Below, piece after piece: positions 50,060 to 62,322 of a DNA stretch of 64,000 bases. A program made the position numbers and the translations under genes. The DNA lies in NCBI GenBank assembly GCA_964276515.1, contig OZ193909.1, forward strand, positions 2,418,001 through 2,482,000, in the 5' to 3' direction. Position 1 is the stretch's first letter, and every line of letters starts with the position of its first letter. The stretch comes from Gordius albopunctatus. Taxonomy: Eukaryota. The notes beneath the pieces are model-generated. The model made no database searches and had not been told where the DNA came from. It worked only from the letters and a program-made list of their open reading frames with translations.

Positions 50060-51041
50060 TAGTGGAGACCGGGGCTACTATTATCGTAATTATTATTTAA
50101 AATAATAATAAAAAATTATTAAAATTTAAACCATATGTGTATTTTTTCATAAGGTATAAGTAAATAATTTTTGTTTAGAAAAAATAAAATTTAAAATTTT
50201 TATTGAAGAAAAATGATTTTTCGGGGCTATTAGTAGCCCTGACAAAATTTTATATTTCGCACATAAAATGTTTTTGGCCCTATATTTTGGAGTAATTTAA
50301 GTTTTATCTTTATATAAAAACCGTCTAACGATTAAATTTTTATTCGCAATATAACATGTTAAATTAATTGTTTATAAAAATAGGGGTCGTGAAAATTTTA
50401 AAATGCCTTGAATTGGGGTTAAAAATTTTAAAATGCTTTCGGGTTCGGGTTGAAAAAAAGTGACTTTGCAGGACTCTAGTCGAGGCTAGTCAGAGAAGGG
50501 TTAGTTCTAGCCGTAGCCAATTTTCATTGTGTCTTACAAATGACGAGATTTAAAAAACAAAATTTTGTTTATAATCCAACCTAGTGTAATTTAGAATAGA
50601 AAAAGACTATGAATATACTTTAAAAAACGACCAAAAGTTTTTTCCATTTGCAGAATCTGTCTTTTAAGTGTACTCAAGTCAGATTGTCATCTTGACCCTT
50701 TTTATATTTGTATTATATAAATACAATCAGATTACATTTGCAGTTTCTATGTTTTTTTTATAAAGTAACAATCTTTTTATTAATTTGAGGTAGCATACAC
50801 TATTAAGAAGTCAAAACATCAGGGTTAATTTTCCCCTGAACACGGCTATAACTAGCCCCGAGCATTTTTAAAATTTCTAGGAATTTAGGATTTTTTTAAA
50901 CTCAATTTATGGAAAAACTATAAGCACTTTTCAATTTTTTTCTTATAAATGTATTCTAATAAAAAATTATAAAAACCTTTATTATTTTTTGTTAAAACCA
51001 CATTTAATTTATTATGGCCATTTAGTCCCCGGTCTCCCCTA
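50060..51041. mobile_element. Non-autonomous TIR DNA element
   Basis: Inverted ends TAGTGGAGACCGGGGCTA / TAGTCCCCGGTCTCCCCTA; AT-rich interior with a nested CGGGTT-family fragment (~50440-50478). Confidence 0.7.
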
Positions 51042-51079
51042 CGCGTTTACGTGAACTCCTTCCCTTTAATATGTATCTA

Positions 51080-53600
51080 ATATGTCAGTGTAAAGTGATA
51101 GAACCAATAGCGATAATAGCGAAGCATGAAGGATGTTTTTATTTGTTTTGTTATATTTCTTCCATTGTTCGTCTTGTTCAGGCAATGGTCAAACGGCATT
51201 GGAAATATGTAATTCCCAGGAGGGATCCACGCAAGGGTTCGCTGGCTGATTCTAGACTGGAATCCAATTATGGTGTGAATGGGTTGCTTGCTAAAACCGC
51301 AATTTGATTCAAGGTTCATATTGTGCGATCGTCCTTTTTAGGGACTCTTAGGCCGTTGTAGACTTGATGACCAGACTGAGGTAATCGCGCAACCTGAGAA
51401 TTTACCGTGTGGGGAGCCGCATAGGGTGGCCAGGGTTTTAACAAGGGTTATTTGCCATACGTCCAGCGAACAGTTCATGCCCCGCGTCTTTAAACATGAT
51501 GCTTATTGCGACAAAGTTTGTGGCGAGTCCATAAGTTGGTTCGAAGCGCTAGTGTGTACAGTTATTGAGGGTTGGACCTATAACAGGATTATTTAGGTGA
51601 AACTATGGTGCATCCGGTACGGTACAGCTTGTTACAGGCTCATACATATCAAAGGGTCTTGGTCTGTTAGTAATAAGTAGAAGGAGCCAACAGCTTTAGA
51701 CATTCCTTTTAGGTTTAAAAAATAGTTTTAGGCCGAGGGCATCCAGCAGGTGGTGTTTGGACGTTTGTGATGGACCAGGGAAGCGTAGAAGAGTATATCC
51801 AAGGTGTGAGGCGTTTGAATGCTCTTGGTTATTACCTGATTGCGGTCGTTTCGAAGTCGATATGCATTCTTAAGTATTTGACGGCAGTTTCTGTTTTAGC
51901 CGTTAATTACTTATTTGCATATTATATCATCCACTAGCGTCTACCCAAATCAACATTAATACCTCTTATTGCATGTTACCATCATGTGCAACTTTATGTC
52001 AGATTGCGTTTATTTTGGCTTATTCCGTACCCTATTATGCTGCCACTCCCCCCCCCTTCGCCAACCTATTTACCCCAAGTCCTCACAGCTTCTAAACTTT
52101 TTGCTACTTTAATTTGAACGCCGCCCAGGCATGATATCAGCGAGGTTATCAGGCGATCGCTACGTCTTCGAACCTCGGGGAATGCGTTACGTTTTGCAAC
52201 TGGTGATCGATTTCTTGAGGTCGCTGATGACATTTCCATCAGAAAAAGATTTGTAATTATATTTAGCTATCAGAATGCCGATTTTTTGGCGTAAAATAAA
52301 GCTGGGTGAGTATTTAGCTTTGGGGGATCTGTTTCCTATCGATTTAAAAAAAGCTAATGCTTTTTTGCCAAAAGTGGCCGAACAGGAAGCTACTATTGGA
52401 ATAAAAATCTTAGAATGAGCAATGGCTCGGTATTTTACGATTGTGATGAATAATTTTTTTTTATTTATAATATTATTTTAAGCTCGTTTATTGTATATTT
52501 CATGTACCAATTTTAGCGAATAAAAGCATTTTAATATTAAAAAAAAAGAAAGCGGATTTGAAATTCACTTTGGCGGCCTACCATGCTTGAGCCAGGAACC
52601 GTGAGGCTATCGCGATGGTTGCTAGATTAATTTAATACTGCCTGTAATCGCGTGATGCTTTGGGCAGATCAGTTATGACCTGGGCATCCCCATTAAATTT
52701 TAGGTAAGGGAACGTAACGATTTTGATGGAAGGCGGGAAACTTGTTTCACGACTCCTGTATTAACTAATTCATTAAATATAGCTCTCCTGCTGGGAGGTG
52801 CGTAAAGGCCACCATGAGGTTGGATTTCAAGTAGGTCTAGGTGAGGCTGAAATCCGACTTAGGCGATATTACGAGTCAATTGTGATTGCAAAGGGTGCGG
52901 GACAATGTCGGTCCCAATTAAAGATGGCTTGGTGTGTGACTCAGAACCCTGGAGCCTCCAAATCTTCGTCGTGGCCAAACGGGTTGTCAACTTAGACCAG
53001 CCAATCCAGGTACCAATTGGTGGTGTAAGGCAAAATCGATCGGTGACTGCGTAACGAAGGCGCCTGGTGGACCTAAATAATCCGCTGTGAGAGAACATGT
53101 CGCACTCGCAACGCGATTCCCTGCTTTTAACCAGCGAGAACTTAGGCACCCTCATTAGCAGTCGGAAAGCCATCAAGCCCATCCTACCATCTGTGGCAAG
53201 CATTTTAATTTTACGTCTGACGTTCGGCAGAATGTTCTTTTTAAAGTGGCGAGCCTTGTTCGCCCCTTAGCCAGGACCAGGAAATAACTGCCTTTAGGCT
53301 GCTTGAATCTTAATATTTTTGATATTCATGTCAAGCTAGGATAGGTCGTGCTTGATAACTCTAACCCGGGTGCATTTGCCAATCTATTTATTAAGTTTTC
53401 CATGTTGGTTGAGGCCGTTTTCAAACTAACAATCGCGCGCAGGTATATTTTCGTCCGGATCTATAAGCAATTCTTTTAACCCTTTGGCGTGATGTTTTCT
53501 TATAAAGTCTTCGGGAGGGGGGGGGGGGGGTAGTGGTGGCGCTTGCGTAGAAAGAATTCCGCGGAACGTTCGAACACTATTCCTGAATATTAGATTGTCA
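51080..53600 (-). mobile_element. Highly degenerate non-LTR retrotransposon (RT remnants, possible RNase H), interrupted by later insertions
   Basis: Scattered minus-strand remnants in LINE order: DPDEN (~53450), PTWK (~53400), RPI...SKIL (~53340), AVKYLRMHID (~51870), LFYASLV (~51790), TLAWIP (~51225). Many stops and frameshifts. Confidence 0.5.
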
Positions 53601-54204
53601 ACGCTGATTTTTGGCTTGCGTAAGAGTAAGAGCTTTCAGTTGTCTTAAACCTGAACTTTTGGCGCTTATATGAAGTTAGCAGCTGTGCCGATGGGCAGCT
53701 CGCCTGTTGAATCGCTCTTGGTGGGGTTTCTTGGCTGTTCCTTGTGGGAAGATAAGACCTGGCAAGGGTCGACTATAACACTTTGGCGAGTCTGGTTTCT
53801 AATAGAAGACATTATATTTGACTGACTCTAGACTATCTTAAAGCACAAAGTAAAAATCGTGAGAATGACGATAATATCGCGAAAAGTATATTTATAGGCG
53901 TTGCGACAGCAGGGCATGGCGTGGCTTGGGTGCCTTCGGAGCCATTTTGGACTTTTGGATTCTGTCAGTGGAGTTGTTAATATTTATTTTTTATATGTTA
54001 AATTGTAAAGTGATAACTACGAATGGGGATAAGTACCAAGTACTATGTGTAAGTATAATACACAAGCTAAAAAACGCGATACTTCTTAGGATAATATCGC
54101 CAAAAGTGCGTTTAAAGGTATTACGATAACCAAGAATAAGGGTTTTAATTTACACCCACTAATAAAATGAATGTTTCTATTTTATCTAATGTCACTAAAC
54201 TAGC

Positions 54205-55839
54205 CAAGGGCGTAGCCAGGATTTGCTAGAGGGGGGGGGGGGTTTAAAATTTTTGAAGCCATATTTTTTTGGAAGTAATTTTATTTTCGACATATATTAT
54301 TGAAAGTAAAGTAAAAATACAACAAAAATAAATTATAATATAACAAAATATTTAAAAACTATAAACAATTAATATCGACGTTTTTTAGATAAAAATGCAT
54401 TAATAATATCTTCTGTTTTGGGGGTATATTGTCTATGTACATTTAACAAGGTTAATCCAGTAAGCCTAAATTAAAAATTAGTAAAACCATTTAATTTACC
54501 CTTCTTGTCCCATTGTGTTCCTGAGGTAAGTTTTTAGTCTTTTTAAAGCTGAAAAACATGTCTCATTAGAGAGAGCATGTTGTAACGGGGAGTGTGGCTA
54601 AAATATGATATAATGTTTTTATATTTGGATATAATTTTAATTTGGACGCATGATTGCTTAATGTTTCCAATGCAGCATTGGTAGGCAAATTCTCTAATTC
54701 ACAGTCCTTGAACGACTGATACCACAATTTAATATCCGATTTGAAGTGTTCTTGAGAGCCGTCAAGATCTTCTTCATAAAAATTTGCCAATTGAAGAAAG
54801 TTATTTAATATCTCTGTTGAGAGCATGACAGGGGACTTAATCAGAAGGGAATCAAATCCCAACAGTATTTGCTTGTTTTTTAGAAACCTTTCATCAAGTT
54901 CCACTAAAACCGCATCTAAAAAGGAGTTATACAACGAAACTCTGTAATAAGTTTCTGGACAAGATGTTTCAATGTTTGAACGAAGAGTTTGTCGTGAGGC
55001 TCTCCTAGGAATAGTAATTTTGAAATCATATATATCTCCTAGTGACAAGACATCATTGTAGATTGTTCTGAATTCTTCTTGGGAATTTTCCCGCAAATGT
55101 TGAATCTGTATTAACGCATTTTCGGCTGCATTTATGGCCTGAGAAAGGTCTATATTAATCCTTTGCAAATAATTGCTAAGATTAATAGTGTAAGAGAAAA
55201 TTTGATTTAGCATACAGCCAAAAGTTGGATGTCCTTAATGATGAAAGCAAAATCGCCGCATTGGACGATGATTCTTCATCGTCCCATTCACACATCTGCT
55301 CCAAGGTAGCAAATATTGCTTCCTTCGCTTCACAGAATCTTTGAACAGAATTGTGCTTTTGTGTCAATCTAGTTTCACACAGTGATATTAATTTTGTGAA
55401 TTTAGGGTTATCCGACAATGACAATACTTTAGAAGTGAAAAGATTAAATCTTTTGGGGGTTGATATAAAATCAGTGATTTTTTTGACAAGACTATTTGTA
55501 TCTTTCTCCTCAGAAATGCAAATGTTACTCTTTTCAGGGAAGTATGCATAAATGGAATATCGCTTCATAATAAGGCGCGGAACTTAAATTTACAAATAAG
55601 ATCAGTTTGGAAGCTTTTAATCAAAAATACAAATTCCGAAATTCAAAATATATTAACTTGTCGACTTAATTTTTTAACATATATATATATAAATATAAAC
55701 GCAGCACTTGACACTAGCTAAATTAATTATAATCATGATTATCAATAATTTTGTGTTGTGTTTTGAAAAAAAATAATATCCAGGAGGAGGGGGGGAGGGG
55801 TTCAAACCCGAAAACCCCCCCCCCTTCCCTACGCGCTTG
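54205..55839 (-). mobile_element. Internally deleted hAT transposon (Tip100/ZMYM1-like transposase remnant)
   Basis: TIRs CAAGGGCGTAG / CTACGCGCTTG; perfect 8-bp TSD AAACTAGC (54197-54204 and 55840-55847). Frameshifted transposase pieces: LCETR, LSNYLQ...IDL, PRRASRQTLRSN...YYRVSLYNSFLD...LDERF, YPNIKTLYHILATLPVTTC, then FSALKRLKTYLRNTM. Confidence 0.93.
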
Positions 55840-56425
55840 AAACTAGCAAATTTCTGGCTTTGTATTGTATTTTATATACCAAAACTTGAGTACTAAATCT
55901 AAAGCGAACAATATATCTACATTTGGTATGTCTTAAAAGTCAAATGATTTATTCCAGTATCAGGCCTTTTCAAAACCATGATTATTTTGAAACCTTATTG
56001 CAAATATAGTTTTTTTTAAATCTTATTTCCTATGATATATATTTAGGCCTCAATGCTTTTCTTAAACAAATTTAAAAGCCGTTTCCTTATCTCGTGGAGT
56101 TTAATTTAATCTTAATTGAGTAATGAAATTTAACATCATAGATTGGCAAGCCAATGCATAGTAGTTTGACTATTATTTTATTCATGAAAAATGATATAAA
56201 ATAAAATATGGAGACTTTTATATAAGATGGATAATATATGATTGTATCGAATTAACTGATTGGATATGTTGATTGGATATCACAAAAAAACTAAAATAGC
56301 TTTCTGCAGAAATAAATAGATATGCATGATTTGTCTACTTTTAATAAATGAAATATAATTTATGAGCATGTTTCATAAGTTTTGGAGAAAGACTTATTCT
56401 ACTTTATTCTACGTTTAATATTTGA

Positions 56426-59400
56426 TTAGGCCCTTAATCCTTTTCGATGCTTATCGACTTCTGTCCTTCTCTCAAAAGCTATTTTCATCGTTTTTTCGGG
56501 GACAATGATAGGCTTCATCATCGGCTTTATTTCTTCGTCATAGTATCTAAGTTGGAATTTTTTCAGAATCTGATAAAATAAATTATTAGTGTTTAAATTT
56601 AGTAAACAAGTTTCCTATATTCATTAATGTACGCAATTTACAAATGACCTTAAATATATGAGATAGTAAATTAAATTAAATTTTATCCTTTTATACCTTG
56701 AAAAGAGTGATGTAAATCTCTTGTTCGGCCAGCCTTCGGCCTGGGCACTGTCGGGCTCCATGTCCCCAAGCCAGGTTGGCCACAAACGGTGCCAAGGCGG
56801 TTAGCTCTACAAGTAATATACAACAATTACGCCTATTATGGCTTTTTAAATTAATAGCATTAATCTGATCGTTGTTTCCCGATTATAATTTTCTTCATCA
56901 AAGTGGTCATTGAAATGCACAAAAGTTGAAATTAATCGGAAGCGATATACTCCATCAAATCCTGACGTCATATTAATATTATTAATACTTTTATATTAAG
57001 TAATACGAGCACGAGGCAAATTGAAATTCCCAGGCTAAATAGACGAACTTTGCTACATTTTTGAAGAATATTTATATAAACTTATTATTAACTTGTTTTA
57101 CAGAGCCTTCATCTTCAGCGTAACAAAATAATAAAACCTCATAAATAATTGTTCGTTTATGTTATTTATTAAAGAATCGTGTTTTCTAACCTTCTTTGCC
57201 ATTAGTTTTAGGCTGCATCGGAGTATCGAAGGGACATTTGGAACCTAAAACGGGCGCCTGTTGCTTATTATCTGAACAATTATTAGCCGTTTCTCTGGGT
57301 CTTAGCCAACGTTCTGGCATAAATGTTTCCACATTTTCAAAAATTGATGTGTCCCGTCCCATGGCGTACAAACAACCTTGAATGTGTGTCTGCAAATTAA
57401 GAAAAAATACTTAGGAAATTAGTGGTACGATTCCACCTTGAATTTTTAATTAGTAATTTTATATTCAAGGGGTTCTGTTTTTATTACCATCAGTTCAGAT
57501 CTTAAAAAGATTAGTTATTTGATAAATTTTAAATTGGGCGAAAATTTCAGATTTGACAAAATAATTAAAATTTAAACCTTTTAATGACAAAATTCATCTA
57601 ATTATAAGTTAATAAACATCTGTATTGAATAATGATTTAAAAATATGAGGTATTATAAAAATATTTTATAACTAACTTCGGCAGGTATTGTGTACCCGGC
57701 AATTTCAACATCTTTATCAAGAATGCGACTCGTAGCAAAGGCGATTGGGTACAATCTACGTTTCAGAATATTATCAAGCTTATGTTAAATCTCTATATTC
57801 ATCCTAAAATCATATAAAATTTTGTGTAAATCGTCTTAAGTCCTTGAACAGTTTAATGGCTAGATAACATATTCCTAAAATAATAGAATATAGAAATAAG
57901 TCAATACCTTAAAATATATGTTGATCGGATGGCCCGAGTTGAAACCCGAACATTCAATTAACGGACCCTAGCCCACATATTAAGAATTAAACCCTTTGGG
58001 ATCTCTAAATGGCGAAAAAATTATTTTGCACATTTAAGTTACTTTGAACCGATATAACATTCACGCTCCTCAACAATCTTATACCGACTGGGGGGGGGGG
58101 GAGCGGCTGACATTCTTAAAGACTGTACATTAAAACAAATTAAAAAACACAAAAGTGACACAGGCTAAGTTTGTTATTTCTCAAAATTACCTAAAAGTTT
58201 CCTTGAGACAAGCCTTAAGATATTGCATTTGGGCGATCATGGCAGGTGTGATTTCGACATCGGGTTTATCGGGAGGACTTAAGCTTTCAATTTCTTGGTA
58301 TAAGATGTCTTGCTTATCCGGATTTTGAGAAAGGACATAGAGTAGCCATAACATTGTATTAGTGGTCTGTAATATAATTTTTATCGTCAATTATAGACAT
58401 GGGCCTAGCCAGGATTGCAACTAGAGGGAGGCAATTATGATTTAGGGAGGGGCAAAATGACATTTTTTGAAATTTTAGCCATAATTATATGGAATTTTAA
58501 AGAATTTACGGATTTAGAGGGGGGCAGCCGCCCCCCCATGCCCCCCCCCCCGGCTACGCCCACGTAACCGACCCTATCATATCTGTTTTGTAATTAAGAA
58601 TCATTTTATTTATGCTAATATAATGAGGGATGATAACGTGCAAAAAAGGACTAGTATTTTCCACCTTTTTAAATAATGTTATGCCTACCGTTTCAATGGA
58701 ACCCATCATCATGTCAATGATTGTTAGATTTATGTCGTCCGATTTTAAATTTGGTTGTTCAAGCAGGTAAGCCATTAGAGAGGTGTTCGTCTTTTCCTTG
58801 TGTTTCGCCAAAAACTATATTGTTAATATAATTAATAATAAAATTCAATTAGCGTTTTCAAATTTGGAAAAAAAACTAACATCCCAAACTCAATATTGCT
58901 ATAAAAGAATTTGTTAAATCGTTTAAAGAATTATTATTTATTGCGCGAAATATATTAATAATTTTAACAAATATACTCAGTTTTAAATAACGTGTTAACT
59001 TTGAAAAGCAAGATAAAATGTAACGAGACTTGCATTCAATGATATAAGAAATTTGAATTTATCATCGCTAAAATATAATTCCATTTTAATTTCCTTCTCT
59101 TAAACCTCACTTTTTCTTCGTTAACCAACCCTGAGAGGCCATTAAAAAAATAAGATTTTTACACCATATAAATTACTTGTTCGACAAAGTATTGTCCCAT
59201 TTGTATAATTTTATCCGCGTAGCCCGCGTGCTTCTTCCACAAAGGAGTCGAGTAAATTTTATAGAAGGGAGCCCCAAATATGAGCGGGTGCATGGTTCTG
59301 AAATAGCCAACCACGCTATCTACAAATAGCTTTGCTTCGGGTCTAGGCGGATTATCCAGACACCCGATACGATCTTCGTAGATAAACGTGCATACGGCTA

Positions 59401-61242
59401 CGCACATTGTCGCGCACAATTAGACAAATAAAATATTTTTTTATAATTTCGTAGAGAAAAGGAATTTATTTCAACTAGACGCGAGATTATATTTAATAAG
59501 AATACCATAGGGGTGGCCAGCATTGGAATTACAGGGGGGGGCAATAATGATTCAGGGGAGGGAAAATTGATTATTTTTTTGAAATTTTAGTCCTAATTTT
59601 GAGAAATTTCAACAATTTTTTGGATTCAGATGGGGCAGCCGGCCCTCCCTGCCACCCTCTTTGGTTACGCCCATTACGAAGATATAGTTTGTATAATTCA
59701 GGAAAAAGTAAAGATAGGCGGCATGAGTCGGTTAGGTTCAATCAAGACTAATGCTCTTGATGATACGCTTGTTTTTAAGTCTAAATATTTTTAAGCAGAT
59801 ATATTCACAATATATGAATTTTATAATTAATATAAAACTTATTTTTCAAGAAAAAATAATTTATTCCTACTTCACCAGAAAATTATAACTAGTCAAAAAT
59901 TTCAAATAATTTTCACTATGTCAAAGTTTGAAAATTTTTATATGATTGAATCAAAATTGTACTATAAAAAATTTATAAGAGTTAACAAGAATGGTTTTAA
60001 TAAGGGTTTTTTCGTTAATTTAACATACCTAAGGTCATCGTTAATAAATAAAATTTTATTAAAATTTAAAATAAATGATTATTTTAATACGCATATGCAA
60101 TTTTTTAGAGATATCACGTTGTTTTTTAAATTATACGAATGTCATATTAATCAATCTTTTTTTTATATAAAAAGCATAAACATTCTTTATATTTTATATT
60201 TTAAGTATTACATTCCAGAGACCACTTGCAAATATCTTTGTCAATTTCTGGTACAGTGTCATCATGTTGCAATTTTTCCGAAATTCTCGCAATTAAATCG
60301 TCGGCTACCCCTGACATCCAGGGGATGTAATGTTCTACTTCTTTTGGCCTCTGCATCTTTTTCCCCAAAATTAGCCTATTTTGTCGCCACTCTTCGCCTT
60401 GACTAAACATATACAAGAAGAGCAAGGATTATTTTTAATTTATTAAGTTTTTTAATAGGCTTATTATATCGATTACACGCGACCCCAAAGAATTTTTCTA
60501 TATTGAGCAGAAAATCGTGAAGATTGTAAAATACAAAATATAATTTTGATTCATGGCTCTATGCGCCTGCTCATTACTCTAATATATCTCAGCACTTATT
60601 ATATAAATTATTATTTACAAATGAATCCTTGTTAGCTTTTAAAAAGGAGAAGGGTTGAATAATCGCTTGAAAAACAAACAAAAATAGGAATAATAAATAT
60701 ATTATTTATACAATTTATAAAACTTTAAAAAAGCAAAAAATTGCAATTAAAACATTAAATGAAAGGTTTCATTATTAATTTTAAAATGCAATTTTACTTG
60801 ATATAAAAAATATTTAGACCAAGAGAAACCACCAGGTAAATTATATGAGTCTACCTACAGCATTCAATTTTTAAAGGGAAATTAATCAGAAAACCTTCAA
60901 AAGTTTAAACAATGCATTTAAATAATTGAACAGCGTTAATAAAACTAAAACCCTAAATAAAATTTGTATTTATGGAGGCGATCAACGCACGTTTAAACAC
61001 GGTAAATTATTTTATATTGACGACATATATGATTGCTCAACTCACGCGTTTGTCATTCCCAGCGCAATCTTTCTTTCCTTCCGATAATACACCATGGGAT
61101 CTAGCTGCTTCCTAAATGGTGTAGGACCCTCGACCCTCACTACCTTCTGGTACAATCGGGCATCAGTTACGTAAACTCCCGAATTCGGTCCGATCTTTTC
61201 GTGGTATATCGGTCCATATTTTTTCGATCTCTCAACTTGAGC
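56426..61242 (-). CDS. Cytochrome P450, mitochondrial clan (CYP10-like); 5' exon(s) not found in window
   Basis: Exons 61242-61046, 60402-60212, 59397-59177, 58814-58689, 58366-58191, 57755-57677, 57389-57191, 56806-56697, 56569-56426, all GT-AG and phase-consistent. KYGPIY, QGEEWRQNR (WxxxR), KWSLES, I-helix GSIETT, YLKACLKETFRLYP (ExxR), PERW, heme motif WGHGARQCPGRRLAEQE. Confidence 0.92.
58398..58564. mobile_element. hAT-type MITE (CATGGGCGTAGCC family)
   Basis: TIRs CATGGGCCTAGCC / GGCTACGCCCACG with G-run/C-run subterminal tracts; TSD not preserved. Confidence 0.75.
59506..59675. mobile_element. hAT-type MITE (CATGGGCGTAGCC family), diverged
   Basis: Colinear with 58398-58564; ends CATAGGGGTGGCC / GGTTACGCCCATT. 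Confidence 0.7.
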
Positions 61243-61489
61243 CTTATTAAGAAATATACCATAATTGTGAAAAGACTCCTCCTCTATCTATGAAATTCAA
61301 AAGATTTTGTCCCTCGTAAAGAATATTTTTAAGTGATTTATTTAGAGGAGCATTAGAGAATAAATCTCTTAACGATACCCCTATGAGCTGAATTATATTT
61401 ACCGATTGCTAGACGAAAGGGATGGGTTAAATTCTTACATAAGGTATGTGGGAGGAGGTTGGTGGGATTTAAATTTTAAACTAAACAAG

Positions 61490-61659
61490 CATGGGCCTAG
61501 CCACTGGGTGGGGGCAGAAAGGGCGGCTGTCCCCCTCTAAATCCAAAAATTTGTTGGTATTTATTAAATTTATGGCTAAAATTGCAAAAAAATGATCATT
61601 TTGCCCCTTCATAAATCATTATTGCCACCTTCTAATTCCAATGAGAGGCTAAGCCCATG
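61490..61659. mobile_element. hAT-type MITE (CATGGGCGTAGCC family)
   Basis: TIRs CATGGGCCTAGCC / GGCTAAGCCCATG; flanks TAAACAAG / CAAACAAG (7/8 TSD). Confidence 0.85.
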
Positions 61660-62322
61660 CAAACAAGGAGGAATCAGCTTGCCACTAAAGCTAAAGTTAC
61701 CCCTAGCATATATTAAAGCGCACCGATCAAAAAATTGTATATGCTGAAAACCTTATTTTGCTAAGCTAAAACTTCTATTGTAGTTCGTTGTGTAATCTGA
61801 TGATGCCTTATATTTGTCCGAAATATCGCGTGCCATTTCTCTCAACTCATTTTATCAATGTCAAAGCAAAGGTTTGACAGTAAATAATTTCATTTTTTTT
61901 ACTTCATGGGCGTATTTACACATCTATCTCATATTTACAAAATTATAGTTTCAAATTCAAAAAAATTATAACTCTACTCTTATTTAAGTTTCATTGAGGT
62001 AAGTTGGGGACTAAATATGTTTTATGGCTAATTGCAAAATGCAAGTTTTATAAATATATTTTTGGTGATGAATATTGCCTTAGAAGAGGAACGACAAAAT
62101 AATGTAGAAAACATACGATTTCTCAATTTTTATAATTTTGGTTTTCGGATTTCCGACTTTGAAACGAAAATTTGTTCCTACAAAGTTTATAAAAGCTCGA
62201 GACGAATGCTACCAAAAAATGGCAAATAGTTTTCACATTTTTTTGCCTGATTGAAATATTTCATAATTTACAAACTAAATTACGGATCTTCTCATTTTGA
62301 ATAAAAACACAAGTATGACATT

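Noticed and set aside
59111..59130. 20-nt micro-exon in the P450 (CAG|...|GTGAGG)
   Set aside because: It would break phase; the direct join 59177^58814 is in frame and gives normal G-H helix spacing.
59918..60406. 162-aa plus-strand ORF
   Set aside because: Low-complexity AT-rich intron sequence antisense to a P450 exon; no recognisable domain.
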